The notes: generated from the letters alone by a model not told the origin. A DNA stretch of 64,000 nucleotides from an uncultured Rhodothermales bacterium (GCA_964608315.1 CAZSNF010000007.1:5508-69507); one strand, 5' to 3'. Shown: positions 52,202-60,500, counted from the first letter of the stretch. Program-made: numbers and translations.

Positions 52202-52237
52202 TCGCAGTAGATTTAATCAGAGCATCCTGCAGGATGC
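52187..52237 (+). repeat. 3' end-like sequence of the structured-repeat family, overlapping the methyltransferase stop, plus a 16-bp palindrome
   Basis: AACGTGAAGCGCTGATCGCAGTAGATTTAATCAGAGCATCCT matches the last ~42 nt of copies 1 and 2. GCATCCTGCAGGATGC (52222-52237) is a perfect palindrome. Confidence 0.6.
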
Positions 52238-52289
52238 GCATGGAAACCGGGGGGCGTAACAACCGTTACAGCGTAAACCGGGGGGATCC

Positions 52290-53990
52290 ATGCAGACAAA
52301 ATATATCTTCGTTACGGGAGGGGTTACGTCCTCGCTGGGCAAGGGGATCGTTTGCGCGTCGCTGGGGAGGCTGCTGGAGTCGCGGGGATTGCGCGTCACC
52401 ATTCTGAAACTCGATCCCTACATCAATGTCGATCCCGGGACGATGAATCCCTATGAGCATGGGGAGGTGTACGTCACGGAAGACGGGGCCGAGACCGATC
52501 TGGACCTGGGGCATTACGAGCGGTTCCTCGGGCGGCCGATGAGCCAGGCCAACAATGTCACGACCGGGCGCATTTACCTCGAGGTGATTACGAAAGAGCG
52601 CTCCGGGGCGTATCTGGGCAAGACCGTGCAGGTGGTGCCCCACGTTATCGACGAGATCAAGCAGCAGATGCTGACGCTCGGCGATACGGGACGGTACGAT
52701 GTGGTGATCACCGAAATCGGCGGCACGGTCGGCGACATCGAGAGCCTGCCCTACCTCGAAGCCATTCGGCAGCTGCGGTACGAAATCGGCGCGCGGAACG
52801 CGCTGGACGTGCACTTGACGCTGGTTCCGTTTCTGGCTGCGGCGGGCGAATTGAAAACGAAGCCGACGCAGCATTCCGTCAAAACGCTTCTGTCGTACGG
52901 ATTGCAGCCCGACATTCTGGTGTGCCGGTCGGAAAGGCCGCTGGATGCGGAATTAAGAAAAAAAATCGCCCTTTTCTGTAACGTGGAGCCGCGGGCGGTG
53001 ATTGCGTCCCGGGATGCGGAATCCATCTACGAGGTGCCCCTGCTTTTGGCCGAGGAGGGACTGGACGATATCGTGTTCGAGCGGCTTGGCGTGTCGTCCG
53101 GGGACGGCGCGGCGACGATGCTGGATTCGCCGGGCATGCAGGAATGGATATGCTTCCTGAAAACGCTGAAGAATACGGAGGGGGCCGTGCGCATTGCGCT
53201 GGTGGGCAAGTATGTGGAGCATCAGGACGCGTATAAGTCCATCACCGAAAGTTTTATTCTCGCAGGGGCGGCGAACGGGGTGCATGTCGATCTGCGGTAT
53301 GTCTTGTCCGACGACGTCACGGAAGAGAATGTGGAAGACGTGCTTGGCGAGGCGGCGGGCGTCGTGATTGCGCCGGGCTTTGGCGACCGGGGCGTCGACG
53401 GGAAGATTGCTTGCGTACGGTACGCGCGCGAAAACGGCGTTCCGTTCTTCGGGATATGCCTCGGCATGCAGTGCGCCGTCGTAGAGTTTGCGCGGCAGGT
53501 CTGCGGTTGGGAGGACGCCCATTCCACGGAGTTCGATCCGGATACGGCCCATCCGGTGATCGACATCATGGAGGAGCAGAAGCGGATCGCGGACAAGGGA
53601 GGCACCATGCGCCTTGGGGCGTACGAATGCCGCCTGACCGAGGATTCGCGGGCCGCGGAGATTTACGGGACCCTCGAAGTGTCGGAGCGGCACCGGCATC
53701 GGTATGAAGTGAACAATGTGCTGCGCTACAAATTGCTGGAACACGGCATGCGTTTTACGGGGGTCAATCCGGGGCGGGACCTTGTGGAGATCGTAGAGTT
53801 GCCGGCGCATCGCTGGTTTGTCGGCGTGCAATTCCATCCCGAATACAAAAGCACCGTGGCGCATCCGCATCCGCTTTTTCGTTCGTTCGTGGCGGCGTGC
53901 GTGGAATTCGCCCGGGAGAAAGACATGACGGCGTCGCCGCGCCCTTCCCGCCGCCGTCGGGTTGCGCCGCTGGCGTCGGCGAAGATGTAG
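52290..53990 (+). CDS. pyrG: CTP synthase
   Basis: [20 protein letters not shown]-terminus, glutamine amidotransferase region GICLGMQ. 566 aa. Confidence 0.97.
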   Translation: MQTKYIFVTGGVTSSLGKGIVCASLGRLLESRGLRVTILKLDPYINVDPGTMNPYEHGEVYVTEDGAETDLDLGHYERFLGRPMSQANNVTTGRIYLEVITKERSGAYLGKTVQVVPHVIDEIKQQMLTLGDTGRYDVVITEIGGTVGDIESLPYLEAIRQLRYEIGARNALDVHLTLVPFLAAAGELKTKPTQHSVKTLLSYGLQPDILVCRSERPLDAELRKKIALFCNVEPRAVIASRDAESIYEVPLLLAEEGLDDIVFERLGVSSGDGAATMLDSPGMQEWICFLKTLKNTEGAVRIALVGKYVEHQDAYKSITESFILAGAANGVHVDLRYVLSDDVTEENVEDVLGEAAGVVIAPGFGDRGVDGKIACVRYARENGVPFFGICLGMQCAVVEFARQVCGWEDAHSTEFDPDTAHPVIDIMEEQKRIADKGGTMRLGAYECRLTEDSRAAEIYGTLEVSERHRHRYEVNNVLRYKLLEHGMRFTGVNPGRDLVEIVELPAHRWFVGVQFHPEYKSTVAHPHPLFRSFVAACVEFAREKDMTASPRPSRRRRVAPLASAKM

Positions 53991-54123
53991 GGGTTGACAA
54001 CCTTACGCCCGACAACGTATATTACAGGCGCAAGCTGCTGGCGAAGACGGTGGAATCCACCGCAATCCTGTACTTGAAACGAATCCCGCAAAACTGTCCA
54101 GTTTTTACGGACCACTTCTTCCC
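53991..54123 (+). mobile_element. Short remnant homologous to the transposase-tail/end sequence at 31785-31900; contains a TTGACA-N18-TATATT promoter-like pair and a palindrome
   Basis: One frame reads VDNLTPDNVYYRRKLL. Shared blocks with the other locus include TTGACAA, ACGTAYATTACAG, CCACCGCAAYCCTG, AAAACTGTMCAGTTTTT (54090-54106) and CGGAMCACTTCT. TTGACA at 53994-53999, TATATT at 54018-54023. Confidence 0.45.
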
Positions 54124-54130
54124 AATAATT

Positions 54131-55537
54131 ATGCTGAAGGAGTTACGAATACAAAATTTCAAAGGGTGGAAGGATACCGGCGTCATTCGCATGGCCCCCA
54201 TTTCCCTGTTCTTCGGCGCTAACAGTTCTGGCAAGTCCAGCATAAGCCAGTTCCTGATGATGCTGAAGCAGACCGCCGAGTCCCCGGATCGAAAAGCGGT
54301 TTTTTATCCGGGCGGAAAAAACTCTGCCGTTCAGCTTGGTTCCTATCAGGAGATGGTGTTCCACCGTGACCCGGCAAACAAGATCACTTTCGAGTATCGG
54401 TGGTCGTTGCCGGATACCCTCAGGATTAAAGACCCGGTCTCGGAGCAATCGTACTCAGGAAGCGAACTGGTTTTCCAGGTAGGAGTGGGGCTGGGTGATA
54501 AAGATCAGCATACATTGGTTCTCGATAAACTTAAGTATGAATTGATTGGAGATGAGAACATCCAGCTTTCACTTGGGATGGAAAGAAAGTCTGACACAAA
54601 ATCTGATTACAAGGTTGAAGCTACGAAGTATTCCCTAAGGCGTAAACAGGGGCGTGCCTGGTATCCCGGGGCGCCCGTTCGCTTTTATGGCTTTCCTGAC
54701 GAGGTGGTTGCCTATCATCAAAATGCCGAATTTGCCCAGGCATTGAACTTGTGCCATGAAAAATTATTCAGATCGATCTATTATCTAGGACCGCTTCGCA
54801 CAAAGGCCGAACGTCTGTATTCATGGACAGGCATTGAGCCTGAAAGTGTCGGCTATGCGGGGGAGAATACCGTCGCGGCCATTCTCGCGGGACGAAGCCG
54901 AAAAATCAGCCTTGGCTATAGATGTCGATACAAACCTTTCGAAGAAATTATTGCCATCAAGCTCAAGGAAATGAGCCTGATCGAAGAATTCAAGGTCAAC
55001 CGCATATCCGAACAGCGGCAAGAATACGAGGTCAAGCTTCGTACCAAAGGTTCAGGGGATTGGGTGGATCTCCCGGATGTCGGTTTCGGCATTTCCCAGG
55101 TTTTGCCCGTTCTCGTGCAGTGCTTTTATGCGCCAGCCGGGTCGATCATTTTCATGGAACAACCGGAGATTCATCTGCATCCGAACGCTCAGTCAGCATT
55201 GGCCGATGTGATGATTGACGTGATCAAGTCCAGAGAAAATGGGGCGGATAGAAATATCCAGTTGGTTATTGAAACCCATTCGGAACATTTCCTGCGACGC
55301 TTGCAGCGACGAATTGCCGAGGATAAGGTGTCGCAAGAGGAGGTGTCGGCTTATTTCGCTAATATCTCCAAAGCCCCTGCTACGCTCAAGCCTCTGCAAA
55401 TTGATGTCTTCGGCAACATCCAGAACTGGCCGGAAAATTTTTTCGGTGATGAAATGGGTGACATCATCGAACAAGCGAAAGCGTCCATGGCAAAACGGGC
55501 GCGAAACAGCTCCCCAAAATCGGAAGCATTCCAGTGA
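54131..55537 (+). CDS. ABC/SMC-like AAA_15/AAA_21-type ATPase (DUF3696-like C-terminus)
   Basis: MLKELRIQNFKGWKD, Walker A GANSSGKSS, Walker B/D-loop IIFMEQPEIHLHP, ETHSEHF. The C-terminal IDVFGNIQNWPENFFGDE is recalled from DUF3696. 468 aa. Confidence 0.85.
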   Translation: MLKELRIQNFKGWKDTGVIRMAPISLFFGANSSGKSSISQFLMMLKQTAESPDRKAVFYPGGKNSAVQLGSYQEMVFHRDPANKITFEYRWSLPDTLRIKDPVSEQSYSGSELVFQVGVGLGDKDQHTLVLDKLKYELIGDENIQLSLGMERKSDTKSDYKVEATKYSLRRKQGRAWYPGAPVRFYGFPDEVVAYHQNAEFAQALNLCHEKLFRSIYYLGPLRTKAERLYSWTGIEPESVGYAGENTVAAILAGRSRKISLGYRCRYKPFEEIIAIKLKEMSLIEEFKVNRISEQRQEYEVKLRTKGSGDWVDLPDVGFGISQVLPVLVQCFYAPAGSIIFMEQPEIHLHPNAQSALADVMIDVIKSRENGADRNIQLVIETHSEHFLRRLQRRIAEDKVSQEEVSAYFANISKAPATLKPLQIDVFGNIQNWPENFFGDEMGDIIEQAKASMAKRARNSSPKSEAFQ

Positions 55538-56067
55538 ATTTGCCGAAGAAGTGCATAGTGGATACAAATGTCCCGGTTAACGCAAATTTAGCAAACAACC
55601 CGGAAGCAATCCCTGACGATTTGGTCACCTGCGTACAAAGTTGTGTCAGCGCCATTGATCATGTGATGAAAAAAGGTGAATTCGTTATTGATTCCGGTGA
55701 TGAAATTTATGGCGAGTATTTAGGCAATCTTTGCCCAAGTGGTCGAAAGGGAATTGGTAATGCATTCATGAAGTGGGTTCACGATAATCGCTGGAGCCTG
55801 CTTGATACTGACCGGGTAGCCATCACGAAAAACGACGAGTCATATGACGAATTTCCCGCTCACCCCGGATTGGAAAATTTCGACAAATCGGATCGTAAGT
55901 TTGTTGCCGTTGCAAACGCTCACCCTGCAAAACCGCCGATCTTGCAGGCGACAGACAGCAAGTGGTGGGGCTGGAAAGATGCTTTAATGGAGGTTGGCAT
56001 TACCGTTCAATTCATCTGCCCCAAATATGTAAAGACCAAGCATGCGAAGAAGATAGGCATAACGTGA
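55534..56067 (+). CDS. PIN-like nuclease domain protein
   Basis: GTG start overlaps the ATPase stop (GTGA at 55534-55537). N-terminal CIVDTNVPVNAN, later DSGDEIY, DRKFVAVANA, LQATDSKWW. 177 aa. Confidence 0.55.
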   Translation: MNLPKKCIVDTNVPVNANLANNPEAIPDDLVTCVQSCVSAIDHVMKKGEFVIDSGDEIYGEYLGNLCPSGRKGIGNAFMKWVHDNRWSLLDTDRVAITKNDESYDEFPAHPGLENFDKSDRKFVAVANAHPAKPPILQATDSKWWGWKDALMEVGITVQFICPKYVKTKHAKKIGIT

Positions 56068-56750
56068 AAGACGATTTCTTCAAATTTCCATCCACACGCC
56101 ATCTGGCAGCACTGGCTGGCGTTGATATCCGAGATGACAAAGTATTATCGGAATCGGAACGTGATGAATTCTTGCTGCACGAACTGGTTATTGAAGAAAA
56201 AATAGATGGCGCGAATTTGGGCATATCGTTTGATTCAGAGGGAAATATTCGGGCGCAGAACAGAGGCGCATACCTGCATCTACCCGCATCAGGTCAATGG
56301 AAAAAAATTCTTGACTGGTTGGCGCCTCGGACCGATGAGCTGTTTGAACATCTTTCAGAGCATTTCATACTCTTCGGCGAATGGTGTTACGCCCAGCATT
56401 CGATTTTTTATGATCGTTTACCGGACTGGTTCCTTGGTTTCGATATTTATGACAAACAATTTCGCCGGTTTCTTTCTTCGGAGCATCGGGATGCTCTCTT
56501 AAAGGAAATGCATATTGCTCAAGTGCCAGTTGTCGCACGCGGGCGCTTCGCCTACCCGGAAATTCCAAAACTTCTGTCCACATCAAAACTTGGTGATCAG
56601 CCCGCGGAAGGCCTCTATCTCCGATTTGACCAGGGTAACTGGCTGGCGCAACGGGCCAAACTGGTTCTTCCGGCGTTTATTCAGTCGGTGGAGCAGCACT
56701 GGTCACGTGCTGTCATCAAGCCAAACCGGTTGAGGCTGTCAAAATATTAG
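56064..56750 (+). CDS. Rnl2/PF09414-type ATP-dependent RNA ligase family protein
   Basis: GTG start overlaps the upstream stop (GTGA at 56064-56067). Ligase motif I EEKIDGANLGI, III ILFGEWCYAQH, IV FLGFDIYD, V AEGLYLRF/AKLV. 228 aa. Confidence 0.8.
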   Translation: MKDDFFKFPSTRHLAALAGVDIRDDKVLSESERDEFLLHELVIEEKIDGANLGISFDSEGNIRAQNRGAYLHLPASGQWKKILDWLAPRTDELFEHLSEHFILFGEWCYAQHSIFYDRLPDWFLGFDIYDKQFRRFLSSEHRDALLKEMHIAQVPVVARGRFAYPEIPKLLSTSKLGDQPAEGLYLRFDQGNWLAQRAKLVLPAFIQSVEQHWSRAVIKPNRLRLSKY

Positions 56751-56940
56751 AGGGTGTCTTGTAAACTGTGTAAGCGCGTTTAAGGTTCGTCGGGCATTCT
56801 GTCTGCGTAGAGTATGACGAACTGGTTGAGCGAGTCCTTCCGGTAACTCCTATTATCGGCCTTTTCAACGGACGAAGCCCTGCGCGGGTACTGTATTTCC
56901 TCTGGAAAAAGGGCAATGTCCCGTTCAGTGGATAACTAAA

Positions 56941-56987
56941 CCTTAATTATTTAAGTTTAAAAATTTTAACCTAAATTATTTAGGTTT
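56941..56987. repeat. AT-only paired motif CCTTAATTATTTAAGTTT / CCTAAATTATTTAGGTTT
   Basis: Direct repeats 29 nt apart. The 13-mer TTAATTATTTAAG (56943-56955) recurs exactly at 57381-57393. Confidence 0.6.
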
Positions 56988-57377
56988 CGTATTATTGCGG
57001 CAAAATTTTCCCTTCTCTAAAATCCGCCCCGATCGGCTCCCGTCCCGACCTTGGTGAGGCGCGCCGCCTTTTTCAGGCGCGCCAGAGCGCCCGGAACTGT
57101 CCGTACGCCGCGCCCGCGCTATTCCACTCGGGCGGCGCCAACGTCTCGCAGGGCCATTTGCGGGCGTACTCACGCACTGCGCTGGATGCGCCCGAAAACA
57201 CTGCCGAACGCCTCGGAACGCCCGGATGGGTCATCCAATTTGTTTAAGGGCCTTAAAAAATGAGGCAAATTCTATAAAAAACCATCGAAAGGCGCCCGAA
57301 TGTGCTGAAAACCCCTGAAAATGGCGTTTTAGACGAAGTGTCGGGGAAGGCGAATGTTCTCTTAAGAAGGTAACATA

Positions 57378-57429
57378 AATTTAATTATTTAAGGTCTTGT
57401 TTTTTGAAATTAAATAATTTAACTTAAAG
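57378..57429. repeat. AT-only inverted repeat (AATTATTTAA / TTAAATAATT) upstream of the DUF1640 gene
   Basis: ATTTAATTATTTAAGG...GAAATTAAATAATTTAAC forms a 10-bp AT stem. It shares the 13-mer with 56943-56955. Confidence 0.55.
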
Positions 57430-57535
57430 ATGTCCGGAAAGGGCAGCACTCGAAACGAATCGCCGCTTGACGCCATGAGCAATGGAACAGAATGCTGGAA
57501 ACGGTATATTAAACCGTACCAACCCGCCGCAAGCC

Positions 57536-57883
57536 ATGATTGATACTCTTGCCATCGCCAGCGATCTCGTCGCAGCGGGAGTCGCAAAGCCTCAGGCCGA
57601 AGCACACGCCAGGGCCATTGCGACCGCCGTCGGGCAGCAGTACGCGGACATCGCCACGAAAGATTTCGTGCGCAGCGAAATAAGCGCCCTTCGGGCAGAG
57701 TTACGGGAAGAAATAGGCGCCCTTCGGACAGAGGTACGGGAAGAAATAAGTGCTGTACGCGGAGAAATAAGTGCTGTACGCGGAGAAATGAGCGCCCTTG
57801 AAACCCGTCTTGTGCGCTGGATAGTCGGAACGATGATCGCCGGCGGAGGCCTCTTGTTCGCCGCGCTGCATTTCATACCGTAA
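57536..57883 (+). CDS. DUF1640-like coiled-coil membrane-anchored protein
   Basis: Probable start ATG 57536 (MIDTLAIASDLVAAGV...). Heptad-like EISALRAELREEIGALRTEVREEISAVRGEISAVRGEMSALE. C-terminal TM IVGTMIAGGGLLFAALHF. Contains a perfect 21-bp in-frame tandem repeat at 57743-57784. Confidence 0.65.
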   Translation: MIDTLAIASDLVAAGVAKPQAEAHARAIATAVGQQYADIATKDFVRSEISALRAELREEIGALRTEVREEISAVRGEISAVRGEMSALETRLVRWIVGTMIAGGGLLFAALHFIP

Positions 57884-57951
57884 TCGCCTGGGCCTGAAGT
57901 CCGGCGCGTCGCCTCGAACGCATACCCTGCGTCGTTAACCCGCCGCAAGCT

Positions 57952-58119
57952 ATGCTTGATGCGCTTGCCATTGCCCAGGATATCGCCGCTGCGTCGTTCG
58001 CCGCCCCTGTCGGCCCGCCGCCCACCCCCGACCCCGTATTCCCGCCTGCGCCTGCGGTCGTAGGGGATTGCGAAACGGGCGAGGTGGGCGCAGTCGGAAT
58101 GGCGCAGGCGTACGCATAA
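57952..58119 (+). pseudogene. Truncated or divergent paralog of the DUF1640 gene start (55 codons)
   Basis: AACCCGCCGCAAGCTATGCTTGATGCGCTTGCCATTGCCCAGGATATCGCC repeats the leader and first ~14 codons of the upstream gene (MLDALAIAQDIAAA). It then diverges into a Pro-rich tail. Below the ORF-track cutoff. Confidence 0.4.
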
Positions 58120-58407
58120 TATTCCCATTATTATATAACGCATAATCCGCTCTGCCCTGCGGCCAGCTTTTCGGTCGTTGGGCGCCGCTCCGCCTCCCTG
58201 CCGGATTTTCGTCCGTCAGGCGCCAATCCGCGCCCGATATCCCCTCTATTACCCTTTTATTACCTCTCTATTTCATCCCGAAGGGAATACATGTCTATAT
58301 TGCACATATTTTGAACATATAAATGTATAAAAATATCGACTCAACAGCGATTTTTTTCCCATAAAAGGCTTGACATTACAAATTTCCGCCGTAATTTGAC
58401 TGAACAA

Positions 58408-58430
58408 GTGGGGAAAAGTGGGGAACATTC
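58408..58430 (+). promoter_or_regulatory. Candidate MraZ operator (TGGGG direct repeats at 10-bp spacing)
   Basis: GTGGGGAAAAGTGGGGAACATTC lies about 85 nt upstream of mraZ. E. coli MraZ binds TGGGN repeats spaced 10 bp apart in its own promoter. Confidence 0.45.
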
Positions 58431-58512
58431 CCATGATTTGGATGGTGAACTGGCGTAATGCGCCGGATGCGTTATCCCGGTTCATGGTTCCATCCGCTGC
58501 TTCTTTGGCATT

Positions 58513-58965
58513 ATGGCAAGCTTCAAGGGACAGGCAGAATACTCCGTAGACAGCAAGGGTCGCATAGCGATCCCGGCCAGGATGCGGAGTGCGTTGAACC
58601 CGGAAGCGAACAACAGCTTTACGATTACGCGCGGCTTCGAGCAATGCATCCTCTTGTTTCCGATGGACGAGTGGGCGAAACGCGAAGCGGAGATCGCTCG
58701 GCTGAACACGTATCAATCCGAAGCGCGCAGTTTCGTGCGGACGATCATGCGTTGGGCGGACGAGGTTACGCTGGACAGACAGGGGCGGATCGTGGTTCCG
58801 AAGAACCTGATCGAATTCGCCGGCCTTGAAGGCGCCGTGCTAATCATTGGCGTACTGGATCGTATCGAAATCTGGAATCCGAAGGCGTTTGCCGCCCAAG
58901 CCGAGCAGGAAGCGGACTACCCGGACGTGGCGGAACGGATTTTCGAGATGGGCAGGGATCTATAG
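58513..58965 (+). CDS. mraZ: Transcriptional regulator MraZ
   Basis: MASFKGQAEYSVDSKGRIAIPARMR, with a second SpoVT-AbrB repeat (LDRQGRIVVPKNL). 150 aa. Confidence 0.95.
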   Translation: MASFKGQAEYSVDSKGRIAIPARMRSALNPEANNSFTITRGFEQCILLFPMDEWAKREAEIARLNTYQSEARSFVRTIMRWADEVTLDRQGRIVVPKNLIEFAGLEGAVLIIGVLDRIEIWNPKAFAAQAEQEADYPDVAERIFEMGRDL

Positions 58966-59000
58966 CGCCATGACCGGCGGAAAATTTTCCGTCACAGAGG

Positions 59001-60014
59001 ATGACAGGAGGAGATGGACATAAACGAATGGGGAATGCAGGAGGACGCGATTTCGCAACCTCGTTCCACATTCCTGTTCTTTGCAAGGCTGTAACAGAAG
59101 GACTGATTACGAAAACCGGCGGCGTGTACGTGGATACTACCTTGGGTGGGGGTGGACACAGTGCTGCGTTGCTCGAGTTGTTATCACCGAGAGGCAGGGT
59201 GTTCGGCGTCGATCGCGACGCCGAGGCGCTCGATGCATCTTGCAGCAGACTCGTCGCCGACTTGGAGCGCGGGCGGTTTACGCCTCTCCGGGGCAATTTC
59301 GAACATATCGAACGATTGCTCGAAGAAGCCGGAGAGGCGCAGGTGGACGGTCTGGTGGCGGACCTTGGGGTCTCTTCCCGCCAGATCGACGCCGCCTCGC
59401 GCGGATTCAGTTATCTCGCCGAAGGCGCGCTCGACATGCGCATGGATATGCGCGGGGGGCGTTCCGCCCGCGAAATAGTTAATTCGTGGGACAGGGAGAT
59501 GCTGAAAGAGGTGTTCTCGAAGTATGGCGAAGAGCCTCGGTCGGGCCGGATCGCTCGCGCGATCGTAGAGGCCCGGCCGCTCGAGAGCACAACGGAACTG
59601 GCCGAGGCGGTTCGCAGCGTAACGCCGGGACGAGAGGCGATTCGGACCCTCTCTCGCGTATTTCAGGCGCTGCGCATCGTGGTGAATCGCGAACTGGAAG
59701 CGCTGGAGCGGTTGCTCGAATCGTCGGCCCGCGTGGTTCGGCCAGGAGGGCGGATGGCTGTGATAAGCTATCATTCGCTTGAGGACAGAAGGGTCAAACG
59801 GTTTTTCAGAAACGGGAATTTCGAGCGGGAGCCGTTCCGCGATGCGTACGGCAATCCGCTGGTCCCGTGGAAGGAACGCATGCGGAAGCCGATCCAGCCG
59901 GACGCCGAGGAGGTGGAAGCCAATCCGCGGGCGCGCAGCGCGCGTCTCCGCATCGCGGAGCGCACGGAGATGGCGTGGCCCCTGAACGAGGGCGCGCAGA
60001 CGACAAGGCGATGA
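59001..60014 (+). CDS. rsmH: 16S rRNA (cytosine1402-N4)-methyltransferase
   Basis: FHIPVLCKAV...YVDTTLGGGGHS...DLGVSSRQID...ISYHSLEDRRVK. Exact start uncertain (ATG 59001 or the downstream ATG at 59028). Confidence 0.93.
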   Translation: MTGGDGHKRMGNAGGRDFATSFHIPVLCKAVTEGLITKTGGVYVDTTLGGGGHSAALLELLSPRGRVFGVDRDAEALDASCSRLVADLERGRFTPLRGNFEHIERLLEEAGEAQVDGLVADLGVSSRQIDAASRGFSYLAEGALDMRMDMRGGRSAREIVNSWDREMLKEVFSKYGEEPRSGRIARAIVEARPLESTTELAEAVRSVTPGREAIRTLSRVFQALRIVVNRELEALERLLESSARVVRPGGRMAVISYHSLEDRRVKRFFRNGNFEREPFRDAYGNPLVPWKERMRKPIQPDAEEVEANPRARSARLRIAERTEMAWPLNEGAQTTRR

Positions 60015-60020
60015 ACGAAC

Positions 60021-60470
60021 GTGTGCGTCATGTACAAGCCAAAAAAACATACCCTGACCAGGTTAGAAGAAGCCGATCCGGCTTCGGAGACGGTTCGTCC
60101 TGAGCCGTCCCGCCCGGGGCATGCGCTGCCCGGCTGGTCAGATATTCAGGACCTGAACCAGCGCAAATCAGCTCCGCTTCGGAGCGGAGCCGCTTTTTTG
60201 GGACGCATTTCGACGGCGCGATTCGCCCTTTTCGTGGTGGGGTTCGGCGTACTGTTTACGCTGTATGTAGGGCATGTTCACACTACCCGGCACATTCTGT
60301 CGGAGCTCGAACGGGAGCGCCAGGAAAATCTTCGACTGCACTTGCAGTACAACCGTCTGAAGGGGGATTTCGATCAGATGGTTGGTCCTTCCGTCATCTA
60401 CGAACGCGCCCATGCACTGGGGCTCGTTACGGATCCTGCGCCCGGGCCCCCGGTCGAGATAGAGGGATGA
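60021..60470 (+). CDS. ftsL: Cell division protein FtsL-like (single TM plus coiled coil)
   Basis: Lies between rsmH and ftsI. TM FALFVVGFGVLFTLYVGHV followed by a helical region. Start codon uncertain (GTG 60021 or ATG 60030). Confidence 0.6.
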   Translation: MCVMYKPKKHTLTRLEEADPASETVRPEPSRPGHALPGWSDIQDLNQRKSAPLRSGAAFLGRISTARFALFVVGFGVLFTLYVGHVHTTRHILSELERERQENLRLHLQYNRLKGDFDQMVGPSVIYERAHALGLVTDPAPGPPVEIEG

Positions 60471-60500
60471 CGGGAAGCATGCGAACAAGACGCAAGACGT

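Noticed and set aside
57073-57234. A 53-codon minus-strand ORF (MTHPGVPRRSAVFSGASSAVREYARKWPCETLAPPEWNSAGAAYGQFRALWRA) inside the segment bracketed by the 13-mer repeats.
   Set aside because: It has no RBS and no motif, and is short. It cannot be distinguished from chance in GC-rich sequence.
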